Notes: generated by a model not told the origin, from the letters alone. A DNA stretch of 64,000 nt from Methylococcaceae bacterium (GCA_037129595.1 JBAXUR010000004.1:8965-72964); one strand, 5' to 3'; numbered from the stretch's first letter, positions 51,103 to 61,111 are shown. Translations and numbers: made by a program.

Positions 51103-52036
51103 AACCTTTACTGTTAAAGAGTTGGAGGGTACCTGATTTATGCAAACGCAGACCTGGCGTGGCTTCTATAATGCCAATTTTTGTACAATTGATGGTTAGC
51201 TGTGCCGCTCTATCGGGACTTACGGTAAAGCATAGTTCGTAGTCATCGCCAGCGGTCAACGGCATAGACCAGTCTCCGGTATCATTGATATAAGCCAATA
51301 CCGCGTCTGACAGCGGCAAGGCTTCCCAATCAAGACAAGCGCCGACTTTACTTTGCTCTAAAATGTGACCTAAATCACCCGCCAGCCCATCGGATATATC
51401 AATGCAGGCATTGGCAATACCGCACAACGCCTGCCCTGCTTCAATTTGCGGATCAGGCTGATTGAAGCGTTTATGTGCTGCCTGCGGATTGTTGGAGTGA
51501 TAGCCTTGGTTGATTTTTAGTCCCAGTCCGGCATCACCTAAAGACCCCGTCAGATAAATAAAATCACCTGGTAAGGCACTTGAGCGCAGTAGCGCTTGAC
51601 CTTTTTGAACCAAACCCATCGCCTGAACCGTTAGCGTTAAAGGGCCTGATGTGGTATCACCCCCAATCAAATCCACGGAATACCGCTCAGCCAAACTTAA
51701 AAAGCCTTTAGAAAAAGCCGTCAACCATTTTTCATCAACCGTGGGTAGCGTTAACGCCAGTGTGACTGAAACCGGCTTTGCACCCATGCTGGCTAAATCA
51801 CTTAAGTTAACCGCCAGTAATTTATGCCCCAGTTGTTCGGGATCAGTTCCCGCAAAAAAATGGACATTTTCTACCATGGTATCGGTAGTGACCGCCAGTT
51901 CATAACCGGCTGAAAATGACAATAACGCACAGTCATCACCAATACCCAGATGGGTTGATGGATTTTTTACCTTTTGTCGGGTAAAGAAACGCTGAATGAG
52001 CGAAAATTCAGATAAAGGGGCAGGTTCAAGGTTCAA
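51086..52036 (-). CDS. thiL: Thiamine-monophosphate kinase
   Basis: GIGDDCA, NLSDLASMGA, GGDTT, DISDGL and GDDYEL motifs. Confidence 0.95.
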   Translation of the reverse strand: MNLEPAPLSEFSLIQRFFTRQKVKNPSTHLGIGDDCALLSFSAGYELAVTTDTMVENVHFFAGTDPEQLGHKLLAVNLSDLASMGAKPVSVTLALTLPTVDEKWLTAFSKGFLSLAERYSVDLIGGDTTSGPLTLTVQAMGLVQKGQALLRSSALPGDFIYLTGSLGDAGLGLKINQGYHSNNPQAAHKRFNQPDPQIEAGQALCGIANACIDISDGLAGDLGHILEQSKVGACLDWEALPLSDAVLAYINDTGDWSMPLTAGDDYELCFTVSPDRAAQLTINCTKIGIIEATPGLRLHKSGTLQLFNSKGYEHFS

Positions 52037-52205
52037 GGTTTACAGATCGGTATAGGTTTAGGGATCAAGCGTAGGCAGGAATAAGACCACCCAAGCGGAG
52101 CGAGTGATGGCGTTTCCGGAATATCGTAAAGGGGGTTACAATCCCCATCAGACTTCATTTAAAACCGGTAAAACATTTAAACTGTTTTATTTCAATCTCA
52201 GGCTA

Positions 52206-52302
52206 AGGAATGCTCATGAAATAACTTAGGCATCTTGCTCCCTCGCCCTCCGGGAGAAGGTTGAGGGGATACAAAGGGTCAAGTTATTTCATGCACGTTC
52301 CT
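52206..52302. mobile_element. MITE family B, copy 2
   Basis: TIRs aggaatgctcatgaaataac / gttatttcatgcacgttcct; similar to 6287-6381. Confidence 0.7.
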
Positions 52303-52371
52303 AAGAAGCACTCATTTATCTGATCAATCCTACCCGATATAAAAACAGAAAACTTTGTATCTTTCGTGTCT

Positions 52372-52468
52372 CGGCAATGCCTCAATGCGCTGCTCTACCT
52401 CCTGCATAATCCACATGGATGTGGTGAATGCTGATATTGCAGGAGCAAATATCGGTCCATGCAGTCGT
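52372..52468. mobile_element. Nested TCC-loop mini-elements (48-bp outer unit plus inverted 49-bp inner unit at 52407-52455)
   Basis: Outer unit split at ctgca^tccatgcag; inner reverse complement ccgatatttgctcctgcaatatcagcattcaccacatccatgtggatta. Confidence 0.75.
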
Positions 52469-52488
52469 TCATGGTCAATAAAAATTTT

Positions 52489-52929
52489 TTACTTAGGGCC
52501 TTGTGCCCTACTCTTGATTTCTAAGGCTCTTTTTTGCTGAGCTACTTTATCCAATATGCCGTTAACATATTTATGACTGCCATCAGCACCAAAGTATTTG
52601 GCTAGATTAATGCCTTCGTTTAAAATCACACGATAAGGCATGTCCAGTCGGTTGATCAACTCGTAGACGCCAATTCTTAAAATAGCCCTTTCAACCGGGT
52701 CAATCATATCAACGGGACGGTCGACAAATTCAGTTAACGCCAAATCTATCTCTGCCAAATTTTTAGGAACGCCGTGAAAGAGTTCAGTGAAGTAACTTTT
52801 TTGAGCATCTTTCAGACGATCTTCTTCTATAAATTGACGCTCAATTTCGACCAGACTTTGTCCTGTCATCTGCCATTGATACAATGCCTGGACAGCTGCT
52901 TTACGGGCATTAGTACGCGATGAGCTCAT
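52489..52929 (-). CDS. nusB: Transcription antitermination factor
   Basis: ARKAAVQALYQW and SHKYVNGILD motifs; rib operon context. Confidence 0.96.
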   Translation of the reverse strand: MSSSRTNARKAAVQALYQWQMTGQSLVEIERQFIEEDRLKDAQKSYFTELFHGVPKNLAEIDLALTEFVDRPVDMIDPVERAILRIGVYELINRLDMPYRVILNEGINLAKYFGADGSHKYVNGILDKVAQQKRALEIKSRAQGPK

Positions 52930-53405
52930 CAGGCTTCCAGATTATTAAACAAACTAACCATTTCGATGGCTGACATGGCAGCTTCCGCACCTTTGTTGCC
53001 TGCTTTGGTACCCGCACGCTCTATCGCCTGCTCAATTGAATCAACCGTTAATACACCAAAACTGACTGGTACATTATATTGCAGGGAAACCTGCGCCAGA
53101 CCTTTTACACATTCACCGGCAACATATTCAAAATGCGGGGTGCCACCACGAATCACTGCGCCCACTGCGATAATCGCATCATATTTTTTGGAGGCGGCTA
53201 TGCGTTGGACTACCATGGGTAATTCAAATGCACCGGGGGCTTTAACCAGATGGATATTGGCTTTATCTGCACCGTGACGAACCAGCGCATCTATTGCACC
53301 GGCCTCTAACTGCTCAACAATAAAACTGTTAAAACGGGACGCTACAATGCAAAACTTACCGCCTTGTACCAATAAATTTCCTTCAAACGTTTTTATTGCT
53401 GTCAT
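52929..53405 (-). CDS. ribH: 6,7-dimethyl-8-ribityllumazine synthase
   Basis: [22 protein letters not shown] and GNKGAEAA motifs. Confidence 0.97.
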   Translation of the reverse strand: MTAIKTFEGNLLVQGGKFCIVASRFNSFIVEQLEAGAIDALVRHGADKANIHLVKAPGAFELPMVVQRIAASKKYDAIIAVGAVIRGGTPHFEYVAGECVKGLAQVSLQYNVPVSFGVLTVDSIEQAIERAGTKAGNKGAEAAMSAIEMVSLFNNLEA

Positions 53406-53547
53406 TCTATTTCTCTACTTAAATTACAAAATTCTGCTTTTAATAATACTATTAATCAGTGTTGTCGAATTGGATTACGTTAACCCAATTCGCTTTAAAA
53501 ATGTCCAAGCCTGGCGTTAAAAGGCCCTGATTTTTAGAAAGAGTGCT

Positions 53548-54651
53548 TTAGCCCACATGCTCGGATACCTCTAAATCAAACCCGGATAACCCAACATATT
53601 TTTTGTGAGTGCCCAGCACTTTTAATTTATGCACACCCAAATCGGCCAAAATTCTTGAACCGGTTCCGGTCATGCGCCAATCCGCTGCCTCTTGGGCATT
53701 TGCCGTACTGGCTATGCCATTATCTTCCAATTGATAGCGATGAATCATTTCCGCCAGTGATTTATTGTCTTCACTTTGTCTGATGATAACCAAAACGCCG
53801 CGACCTTCTTCAGCAATTTTTTGCATGGCCGTTCGAATTGAAACACTGGAATCATTTCGTTTGGATGAAAACACATCATCCAACAAATTACGCGCATGAA
53901 CGCGAACTAAAACAGGTTCGCCATCTGAAACCTGTCCCATGACCAACGCCAGATGCAGGTTATTGTCGTTTTTGTCTTGATACGCATAAAGTCGAAACTC
54001 GCCAAATTCGGTAGGATACGCACATTCACTGATGCGCTCCAGCGTATTTTCATGCTGAATACGATAGTGAATCAAATCAGCAATGGTACCCATTTTAAGA
54101 TTGTGCTGCTGCGCAAAGATTTCCAAATCAGGTCGCCTTGCCATGGTACCGTCTTCATTAAGAATTTCTACGATAACCGCAGAAGGATCGACCCCTGCCA
54201 ATTTAGCAAAATCACAACCCGCTTCAGTGTGTCCGGCACGACGTAAAACACCGCCCGGATTAGCCATTAACGGGAATATATGCCCCGGTTGCACCAAATC
54301 ATCCGCTTTAGCATCTGCCGCTACCGCACATTGTACAGTACGCGCCCGATCCGCTGCGGAAATACCGGTAGTCACGCCCGTTGCCGCTTCAATAGAGACG
54401 GTAAAATTAGTCGAATGCGCGGTTTTATTTTCATTAACCATTAACGGCAAACGTAACTGCTGACAACGTTCGCTGGTTAAGGTTAAACAAATCAGGCCAC
54501 GTCCATAACGGGCCATAAAATTAATATCTTCCGGTCGAGTAAAAGCGGCCGCCATTAACAGATCACCTTCATTTTCGCGGTCTTCATCATCCATAATGAT
54601 AACCATTTTGCCTTGCCGTAAATCGTCTATAATTTCTTCAATTGTATTCAT
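53548..54651 (-). CDS. ribB: 3,4-dihydroxy-2-butanone-4-phosphate synthase fused to a degenerate GTP cyclohydrolase II domain (RibBX-type)
   Basis: [10 protein letters not shown] and RAGHTE motifs; the C-terminal domain lacks the Zn-binding Cys motif after VRVH. Confidence 0.9.
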   Translation of the reverse strand: MNTIEEIIDDLRQGKMVIIMDDEDRENEGDLLMAAAFTRPEDINFMARYGRGLICLTLTSERCQQLRLPLMVNENKTAHSTNFTVSIEAATGVTTGISAADRARTVQCAVAADAKADDLVQPGHIFPLMANPGGVLRRAGHTEAGCDFAKLAGVDPSAVIVEILNEDGTMARRPDLEIFAQQHNLKMGTIADLIHYRIQHENTLERISECAYPTEFGEFRLYAYQDKNDNNLHLALVMGQVSDGEPVLVRVHARNLLDDVFSSKRNDSSVSIRTAMQKIAEEGRGVLVIIRQSEDNKSLAEMIHRYQLEDNGIASTANAQEAADWRMTGTGSRILADLGVHKLKVLGTHKKYVGLSGFDLEVSEHVG

Positions 54652-55307
54652 TAACCAAAAAACCCACTTTTTTGCAATAATTCTTCTGTGATGCCGCCCT
54701 GATTATAAGCGGCCGCTTCGCCTTGCATTAAACGCTCCATATAACGCGCCAACAAATCTACTTCAAGATTAACGGGTGTGCCGACTGTCGCCTCGCCCAG
54801 CGTTGTATCTTTTAAGGTATACGGTACGATATTAACATTAAATTCTGCACCCTTAACGTCATTGACCGTTAGGCTTATACCGTTGATGCAAATTGAGCCT
54901 TTTTCAGCAATGTATTTAGCAAGGTTGTCAGGGGCTTTAATGGTAAAACTATACGAACGTCCATCCGCGTTTTTACCGATAATTTTACCGATTCCGTCAA
55001 CATGTCCACTAACAATATGTCCGCCCATTCGGGTGGAGGGTGTTAAAGCCAGTTCCAGATTAACCGGTGTACCTGTCGTTGCAGTATTTAAAATGGTTCT
55101 GGACAAAGTTTCATTGGACACATCCGCACAAAAATAATGTGCGCCCAACTCTACCGCCGTTAAACAAACCCCGTTAACAGCAATGCTGTCACCCAACGCA
55201 ACGTCTGCCAGGGATAAACTGCCAGTGTCTATTTTTAACCGGCAATCCCCTGCCCTGCGCTCGATTGCCGCTATTTTTCCTATGGCTAAAATAATACCTG
55301 TGAACAT
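54651..55307 (-). CDS. ribE: Riboflavin synthase (alpha chain)
   Basis: [18 protein letters not shown] and [11 protein letters not shown] motifs. Confidence 0.96.
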   Translation of the reverse strand: MFTGIILAIGKIAAIERRAGDCRLKIDTGSLSLADVALGDSIAVNGVCLTAVELGAHYFCADVSNETLSRTILNTATTGTPVNLELALTPSTRMGGHIVSGHVDGIGKIIGKNADGRSYSFTIKAPDNLAKYIAEKGSICINGISLTVNDVKGAEFNVNIVPYTLKDTTLGEATVGTPVNLEVDLLARYMERLMQGEAAAYNQGGITEELLQKSGFFG

Positions 55308-55353
55308 TAAAATTCCTGATTATCAGCCGCACAGCACATGTTTTTGCACGTCA

Positions 55354-56436
55354 TTACGGTGTTAGTGTTAATTTTAAATCGGGCCCAACCTGCCTGACAT
55401 CACGCAGCGTTAAGCTTTTTTTATCCGTCATCGCCTGCAAACCCGGTACGGTAAACAAACCGCGTCCTTGATCGCCCAAAATGCAGGGTGCCATGTAAAC
55501 AACCAGTTCATCAAGTAGGTTTTCGGTGAGTAACGCGCCATTAAGAACAGATCCCGCCTCAACCAGAACTTCGTTGATTTGCTGCTGCGCCAAAAAAGCC
55601 ATTACGGCCGGCAAATCCAGCTGTCCATTTTTACTGGCAAGTCGATAAACTTCAAAACCGACCGTCTGCAAAGCATGTTGCTTTTGTTCGTCTTGTGAAC
55701 ACGTTAAAATGAGGCTGCGCCCAGCCAACTTTGACATCCGGGCAGTAATCGGCATAGTTAATTTAGAATCCAGTACGACCCTAACCGGTTGCACAACATC
55801 CCAATCAACTCGGGCATTTAGGGCTGGATCATCGGCGAGTACCGTATTGATACCCGTTAAAATAGCTGAACTCTCTGCCCTTAACCGATGCACATCGGCT
55901 CTGGCCTCGGCTGACGTGATCCATTTACTTTCACCCGATGCCATCGCGGTACGACCATCCAGACTCATCGCCAATTTACTGCGAACAAAAGGACGATTTT
56001 CTGTCATCCTTTTAATAAAGCCCCGATTTAACGTGCGAGCATCTTCCTGTAAAACACCACAAATTACCTCAACGCCTGCGACCTTAAGTTTTTCAAGTCC
56101 ACGACCGGACACCAGTGGATTGGGGTCTTGCATGGCGACTACAACTCGACTAACTCCAGCTTTTATCAAGGCATCGCAACACGGCGGCGTTTTACCATGG
56201 TGGGAACAGGGTTCTAAAGTGACATAAGCAGTGGCACCGTTAGCATCCGTAGCGTGTTTTAACGCTTCAACTTCTGCATGACCCAAGCCGGCTTTAACAT
56301 GCCAGCCTTCACCGATAATCTGCCCATCCCTGACTAAAACACAACCCACGCGTGGGTTTGGATCGGTTGTATAACATCCTTTTTTAGCCAGTTGAAGGGC
56401 TTTGGCCATATAAAATGCATCGTGTCGGGCTGTCAT
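55354..56436 (-). CDS. ribD: Bifunctional riboflavin deaminase/reductase
   Basis: PNPRVG, HAE, TLEPC..TPPC and SLDG..GESKWIT motifs. Confidence 0.96.
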   Translation of the reverse strand: MTARHDAFYMAKALQLAKKGCYTTDPNPRVGCVLVRDGQIIGEGWHVKAGLGHAEVEALKHATDANGATAYVTLEPCSHHGKTPPCCDALIKAGVSRVVVAMQDPNPLVSGRGLEKLKVAGVEVICGVLQEDARTLNRGFIKRMTENRPFVRSKLAMSLDGRTAMASGESKWITSAEARADVHRLRAESSAILTGINTVLADDPALNARVDWDVVQPVRVVLDSKLTMPITARMSKLAGRSLILTCSQDEQKQHALQTVGFEVYRLASKNGQLDLPAVMAFLAQQQINEVLVEAGSVLNGALLTENLLDELVVYMAPCILGDQGRGLFTVPGLQAMTDKKSLTLRDVRQVGPDLKLTLTP

Positions 56437-56888
56437 TATTTTTTTTGTAAATCTTGAATCATGTCAGTAAATTCACTCACATCCTGAAAACTGCGATACA
56501 CCGAGGCAAACCGGACATAAGCAACGTGATCCAATAAACTCAACTCTTTCATGACCTTTTCGCCCAGTGCCTGTACCGGTATTTCACGGTCACCCATTTC
56601 CATTAATTCTTTTTTTATACGATTAATGGCCGACTCAATAGCATCACTGCCAACAGGTCTTTTTTCCAGCGCTTTTAACATCCCTGAGCGCAATTTTCGC
56701 TCTTCAAAAGGCTCACGAATGCCATCCCGTTTGATAACTCGAGGTAGGGTTAATTCGGCTGTTTCAAACGTGGTAAAGCGCTCTTTACAAGCATTACATT
56801 CACGTCGTCGACGAACCTGATCCCCTTCATTGACTAATCTTGAATCAAGAACCCGTGTATCTTGTGCCGCACAAAACGGACATCGCAT
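56436..56888 (-). CDS. nrdR: Transcriptional repressor NrdR
   Basis: MRCPFC..RRRREC..C Zn ribbon, ATP-cone and YVRFASVY. Confidence 0.97.
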   Translation of the reverse strand: MRCPFCAAQDTRVLDSRLVNEGDQVRRRRECNACKERFTTFETAELTLPRVIKRDGIREPFEERKLRSGMLKALEKRPVGSDAIESAINRIKKELMEMGDREIPVQALGEKVMKELSLLDHVAYVRFASVYRSFQDVSEFTDMIQDLQKK

Positions 56889-56995
56889 AAATAAGCCACT
56901 GTTTTTATGTACCGAAAACTCGGCCTTTAGACTCAAAACCGGTCATTTTACAACATTTCATTAGTTTATCTGATTTTTATTTTTATAAGTATTCG

Positions 56996-57124
56996 CCTCC
57001 CCCTTTGAAAAAGGGGGAGTGAGGGAGATTTATCTAATAAAATCTCCCCTAACCCCTCGGCAACTGCTCCATGCGTTGCTCTACCTCCTGCATCCATGCA
57101 GTCGTCTTTTTCAAAGAGGGGGAC
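56996..57124. repeat. Long palindromic repeat hosting a 48-bp insert
   Basis: ccccctttgaaaaaggggg..gggagattt / aaatctcccc..ctttttcaaagaggggg. Confidence 0.7.
57058..57105. mobile_element. 48-bp TCC-loop mini-element (cleanest copy)
   Basis: cggcaactgctccatgcgttgctctacctcctgcatccatgcagtcgt; the empty site is seen at 33587/33588. Confidence 0.85.
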
Positions 57125-57145
57125 TGAAATAACTTATTTTTATAA

Positions 57146-58180
57146 TCAGTTATTTAATGGGGTCAATTTTACAACCCGGCCTTCCGCTGCGGATTGCAAG
57201 GCTGCGTTAATAATTTGGCAATTAGCTTTTGCATCATCCAGCGACAACAAGGGCTGATGACCATTTAATACGCAGGCACTAAAATGCTCAATTTCAAGAC
57301 GAAAATGATTGTCGGCGGTCAAACGTTCTTCGCTGTGCCGACCGTCTTCAGTCCACCATGAAATCACCGGGACGTCGCTAGGTAGTTGCCAAACGACATG
57401 GCATTTTATGCCGCCCTTTGTGCCTGTAATTTCATACTCACAGCGCCGGGCACGCTCAAAGCTAAAATCGAAATGCGCGTATTTTCCTGCACCAAAATCA
57501 ATAATACCACTGGTTGTAATGTCAGCGCCGCTCTCAACATACTTGGCTATTGCTGTGACAGCGACCGGATCTTGATCAAAAAACATCCGTGCAGAATGAA
57601 TGGCGTAACAACCAATATCCCACATGGCACCACCGCCATGCTCGACACTTTCTACCAAACGATAGAGGCGCGCCGGTTTCATCATAAAAGAATAACTGGC
57701 ACGTACCGACCTTACTTCGCCTATTATCCCGGAATTAATCAATTCCTGAACGCGAGCGTGTTGCGGGTGAAACCGGTACATAAAACCTTCCATGACCTTC
57801 ACTTTGTGTTTAAGCGCGGCCGCTTTAATGGCTTCGATATCAATCACGGTCAACGCCATCGGCTTCTCGCACAAGACATGTTTACCGCATTCAATCGCTC
57901 GCAATACCCATTCGGCATGCTCATGATTTGCCAGTGGAATATACACGACATCAATGTCAGCATTCTCCAGCAAAGCTTCAAGATTGTTGTAGGTTTGAAC
58001 ATTCTGTTGATGATGCGGAGCGAACTGCGCCAGCGTTTGCGCGGCTGCACCGGGGCGACGACTGGCAATAGCAACCAGTTTGGCATTTGAAGCTTCAACG
58101 ATGGCAGGCAGCAAGCGCTCATTAATACGGGCAGCACCTAAAATACCCCAGCGTAATTTTGTTTTGATAGTCATAAGCAT
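57146..58180 (-). CDS. Gfo/Idh/MocA family oxidoreductase
   Basis: WGILGAARI, HVLCEKP and GGGAMWDIGCY motifs. Confidence 0.92.
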   Translation of the reverse strand: MLMTIKTKLRWGILGAARINERLLPAIVEASNAKLVAIASRRPGAAAQTLAQFAPHHQQNVQTYNNLEALLENADIDVVYIPLANHEHAEWVLRAIECGKHVLCEKPMALTVIDIEAIKAAALKHKVKVMEGFMYRFHPQHARVQELINSGIIGEVRSVRASYSFMMKPARLYRLVESVEHGGGAMWDIGCYAIHSARMFFDQDPVAVTAIAKYVESGADITTSGIIDFGAGKYAHFDFSFERARRCEYEITGTKGGIKCHVVWQLPSDVPVISWWTEDGRHSEERLTADNHFRLEIEHFSACVLNGHQPLLSLDDAKANCQIINAALQSAAEGRVVKLTPLNN

Positions 58181-58238
58181 TAATCCTGTTTGCGTGGGGC
58201 TAGCATTTTATACTTGCCGATTTTAAAGTTGTCTATTT

Positions 58239-58781
58239 TTATGCGTCTAATTGCTGTTCAAGCTCAACATATAAATTTTCGTATTTACACAAAATGCCAT
58301 GACTATCAAGGCGCTTATCGGTTTCTACATACTCTTTTAATAAAGACAATTTAGCTTCATCTGACAAACCGCGCTCAGCCATAGGATATAAAATATTATC
58401 TTCCTTATAAATATGTTCTTTTAAAAGAATCCCATACTGACGCATATTAAGCACTAAGGAGTTTAACTCTTTTGTTTGTATTGCGCTTTCCATATTCACT
58501 ACAAACTCCCTGGCCTTATTATGCTCTGATAACATCTGAGAAACCGGATTACAATGCGTTAACACACCAGGAACATCAAGATAACGAAACAGACTATCTT
58601 CTTCTTTGGCATGATGAAAATGATCGGCAACTTCATGAATAAACGCTATAAAGCACTTGGCTTTATCAAACAAGATAGCGGTATTTAAATCACTTAAACT
58701 TAAATTAGCATAGCGATCCATCAAATTAATATATTTTAAAATCAATTGATGCTCTTTCATTAGATTTTCTGTAACTAACAT
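58239..58781 (-). CDS. Hemerythrin-like (HHE) domain protein
   Basis: KEH, HHAKEED.LF, SEH and HIYKEDNILYP motifs. Confidence 0.88.
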   Translation of the reverse strand: MLVTENLMKEHQLILKYINLMDRYANLSLSDLNTAILFDKAKCFIAFIHEVADHFHHAKEEDSLFRYLDVPGVLTHCNPVSQMLSEHNKAREFVVNMESAIQTKELNSLVLNMRQYGILLKEHIYKEDNILYPMAERGLSDEAKLSLLKEYVETDKRLDSHGILCKYENLYVELEQQLDA

Positions 58782-58977
58782 AGCGGTGTATTCCTAAGGC
58801 CGGTTATCTAACGAGCTGATATTAAAACAAATCGTAAAGCTGTCATTCCGGCATGAAACAACGGAAACCGTTTCAACCCGTTTCACAACATCCACACCAT
58901 CCCATAAGTCTATATATTATATAATCTTATTGTATATTCGCGTATCTTGCCTATATCATATAGCCTAATTTAAAAGT

Positions 58978-59016
58978 GTACCCCCTAGCGTACCCAATAC
59001 GGACTAGGGTGTACCC
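58978..59016 (+). repeat. Putative integrase arm-type sites
   Basis: GTACCC x3 (58978, 58990, 59011) just upstream of int; 10-bp tandem a(a/c)ccgtttca at 58866-58885. Confidence 0.55.
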
Positions 59017-59030
59017 AACAAAGGCGTGAA

Positions 59031-60278
59031 ATGGCAACCAGAACAACATTAAAACTTAACGACCGCGAGATCAGGCAATGGATAAAAGAGAATACCCGGT
59101 TTGATGCCAAAGCAGATGGTAATGGTCTGTATATCCGTTATCGGATAACCGACACCAAACCAGTCTTCTACTTCCGGTTTAAGATAGCACAGATCGAACA
59201 TAAAATCATGCTGGGCAAATTTCCTGAAAAGTCTTTATCGTCTGCCCGGAAAGACTGTATCGAGCATCGAGCGACTATTCAAAAAGGGCTTAATCCTGCA
59301 ATTACCCGGCGCGAGCAAAAACAGGAGTCAGTGGCCAAGGCGATTGCCGAACAATCAGCCAACACCGTTAATGAGTTGGTGGACGATTACTTTAAGCGCA
59401 ACGTCGAGGGCAGGTGCAAAACAGAGCGCACCATGAGGCAGCGTGTTGACAAGTACCTTGCTCCGCATATCGGCAACCTCAAGATTGATGCCGTGTTGCC
59501 TATGCACATTGTCAACATGCTTGATGCCTGTGTCGCAGCTGGCGCACCGACCAGCGCAAACCAGTTGTTAAGCATCACCAAGCGTATTTTTGACCATGCT
59601 ATTAAAAGAAATATCATTATTCACAACCCGGCACGGGCTTTCAATTGTAGCGATGCGGGCGGCCAAGAAACACCACGGAAACGGTTTTTAAGCGAGGACG
59701 AATTAATCAAACTGTTCAAGGCGATGCGGGAATGTGAAGGCTTTAACCGTACGCATTATCTGGCCAGCAAATTACTGTTGTTGATCGGATGCCGTAAAAA
59801 TGAGCTGTTCCAAGCCAAGTGCACCGACTTTGATCGGGATGCCGCTATCTGGATAATGTCAGAAGATAACAAAACCCGGTCAGCCATCACTATTCCCTTG
59901 TCACCCCAAGCACAGGCAATCATCACCGAGCTGTTGCAGTTCGATGACGGCAGCGGTTATCTGTTACCCTCGCTTAAAAGTAGCATGAGCAAAAAGGGTT
60001 ATATAAATTCGAGCTACTTGTTTGCACCGATGCAAAAAGTTTATGCCTTGACAGACATTGAGCCTTTTACATTACATGATTTTCGCCGAACAATGCGAAC
60101 CCATTTAGGCAAGCTGGGCGTAAATGAATTTGTTGCTGAACGATGCCTAAACCACCGGATACCCGGCATGGCAGGTGTTTATGATGCGGGTGACTATCTG
60201 CCCGAAAGACGCGAGGCATTGGACAAGTGGGCGATGTTTTTGGAGTCCTGCGAAGCTGGCACGAGTACAAATAAATAA
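59031..60278 (+). CDS. Tyrosine integrase, P4-like with arm-binding domain
   Basis: DGNGLYIR..LGKFP..SLSSAR arm domain; GCRKNE, HDFRRT, LNH and VY catalytic residues. Confidence 0.93.
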   Translation: MATRTTLKLNDREIRQWIKENTRFDAKADGNGLYIRYRITDTKPVFYFRFKIAQIEHKIMLGKFPEKSLSSARKDCIEHRATIQKGLNPAITRREQKQESVAKAIAEQSANTVNELVDDYFKRNVEGRCKTERTMRQRVDKYLAPHIGNLKIDAVLPMHIVNMLDACVAAGAPTSANQLLSITKRIFDHAIKRNIIIHNPARAFNCSDAGGQETPRKRFLSEDELIKLFKAMRECEGFNRTHYLASKLLLLIGCRKNELFQAKCTDFDRDAAIWIMSEDNKTRSAITIPLSPQAQAIITELLQFDDGSGYLLPSLKSSMSKKGYINSSYLFAPMQKVYALTDIEPFTLHDFRRTMRTHLGKLGVNEFVAERCLNHRIPGMAGVYDAGDYLPERREALDKWAMFLESCEAGTSTNK

Positions 60279-60292
60279 CTATACTTGAGATG

Positions 60293-60343
60293 ACCGGATA
60301 GGCTTAGCGGCCAACAAGCGGGAGTCATTACCCCGTTTCCGGT
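60293..60343 (+). ncRNA. Structured RNA candidate downstream of the integrase (int-alpA motif-like)
   Basis: ACCGGA/TCCGGT closing stem with inner GGC/GCC and AAGCGGG/CCCGTTT hairpins; TATACT about 8 nt upstream. Confidence 0.5.
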
Positions 60344-60380
60344 TTTACCCGCGTAATGAAAAACACCTTGATGGAGTGTT

Positions 60381-61052
60381 ATGCGATTACTCAAGCCCGA
60401 CCCCCTGCCCGAATATGCGACTTTTAATCAAATAACCTTATGGCTTTGTCCCGATGACGACCGCGTTACTAAGCCGGAGTTGAGGAAGTGCCTGTACAAA
60501 ATCAAGCAGACCCTTATAGATGCCTGCACCGCTGGCACGTTGGCCTATGAGGGCGTCATAGGCGGCTGGACGCATGGCAGGCACGAGAAAAACCCATACC
60601 CTAACGCAAGGCCCGGCAAGGTCAATAGTAGGCCAAACAAGCGTTTTTATGATGCACAAGGCAGGGAATACGCACCCGGCCTCGATAAAAAAGACCGGAA
60701 ATACGATTGTTTTGTGGACTACACCAACGACCACATCACCATTGATGCCAATGAATTTAAAATCTGGTATCTGGACAAAGGCGGCAAAGCCCGGATTGAT
60801 GCTTTATTTTTTGCGCCGTTAAAGCCGTTGCCGTGGTGGAAGAATTACAAATTATCAAACAATGAAAGGCGCAACCGGATCGCCACAGACTGGCTGGCCA
60901 CCGAAGAACCAGACCTTAAGGACATGACCGATCCACAGATCATTAAAGCGCTGGTGAAGTTTTCGGGCGAGGATAACTTATTTGGTAATGGCGGTTTGGC
61001 TTGGCTATACCGGGATCATTCGGTTATCCCACAGAAAAAATACCGGCAATAA
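60381..61052 (+). CDS. Hypothetical protein of the integrative element (possible regulator)
   Basis: 223-aa ORF with GGAG RBS between int and alpA; no family recognised. Confidence 0.7.
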   Translation: MRLLKPDPLPEYATFNQITLWLCPDDDRVTKPELRKCLYKIKQTLIDACTAGTLAYEGVIGGWTHGRHEKNPYPNARPGKVNSRPNKRFYDAQGREYAPGLDKKDRKYDCFVDYTNDHITIDANEFKIWYLDKGGKARIDALFFAPLKPLPWWKNYKLSNNERRNRIATDWLATEEPDLKDMTDPQIIKALVKFSGEDNLFGNGGLAWLYRDHSVIPQKKYRQ

Positions 61053-61089
61053 AAACGCCAAATTCAAGTAAAAGACTGTGTTTCGCTTA

Positions 61090-61111
61090 GCCGGGTAATC
61101 CCGGCTTTTTT
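61090..61111 (+). terminator. Intrinsic terminator
   Basis: agccggg-taat-cccggct followed by a T-run. Confidence 0.75.

Noticed and set aside
53548-54651. Loss of GTP cyclohydrolase II Zn ligands as a pseudogenisation event
   Set aside because: RibBX-type fusions with an inactive C-terminal domain are common in proteobacteria and the ORF is intact.
56889-57145. FMN riboswitch ahead of the nrdR-rib operon
   Set aside because: No RFN consensus; the structure present is a palindromic repeat with the 48-bp insert.
57386-58090. 234-aa antisense ORF and the many other antisense ORFs within annotated genes
   Set aside because: They overlap well-supported genes on the opposite strand and have no recognisable motifs.
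58782-59030. tRNA or tmRNA at the integrase attachment site
   Set aside because: No cloverleaf or GTTCGA T-arm followed by CCA on either strand.
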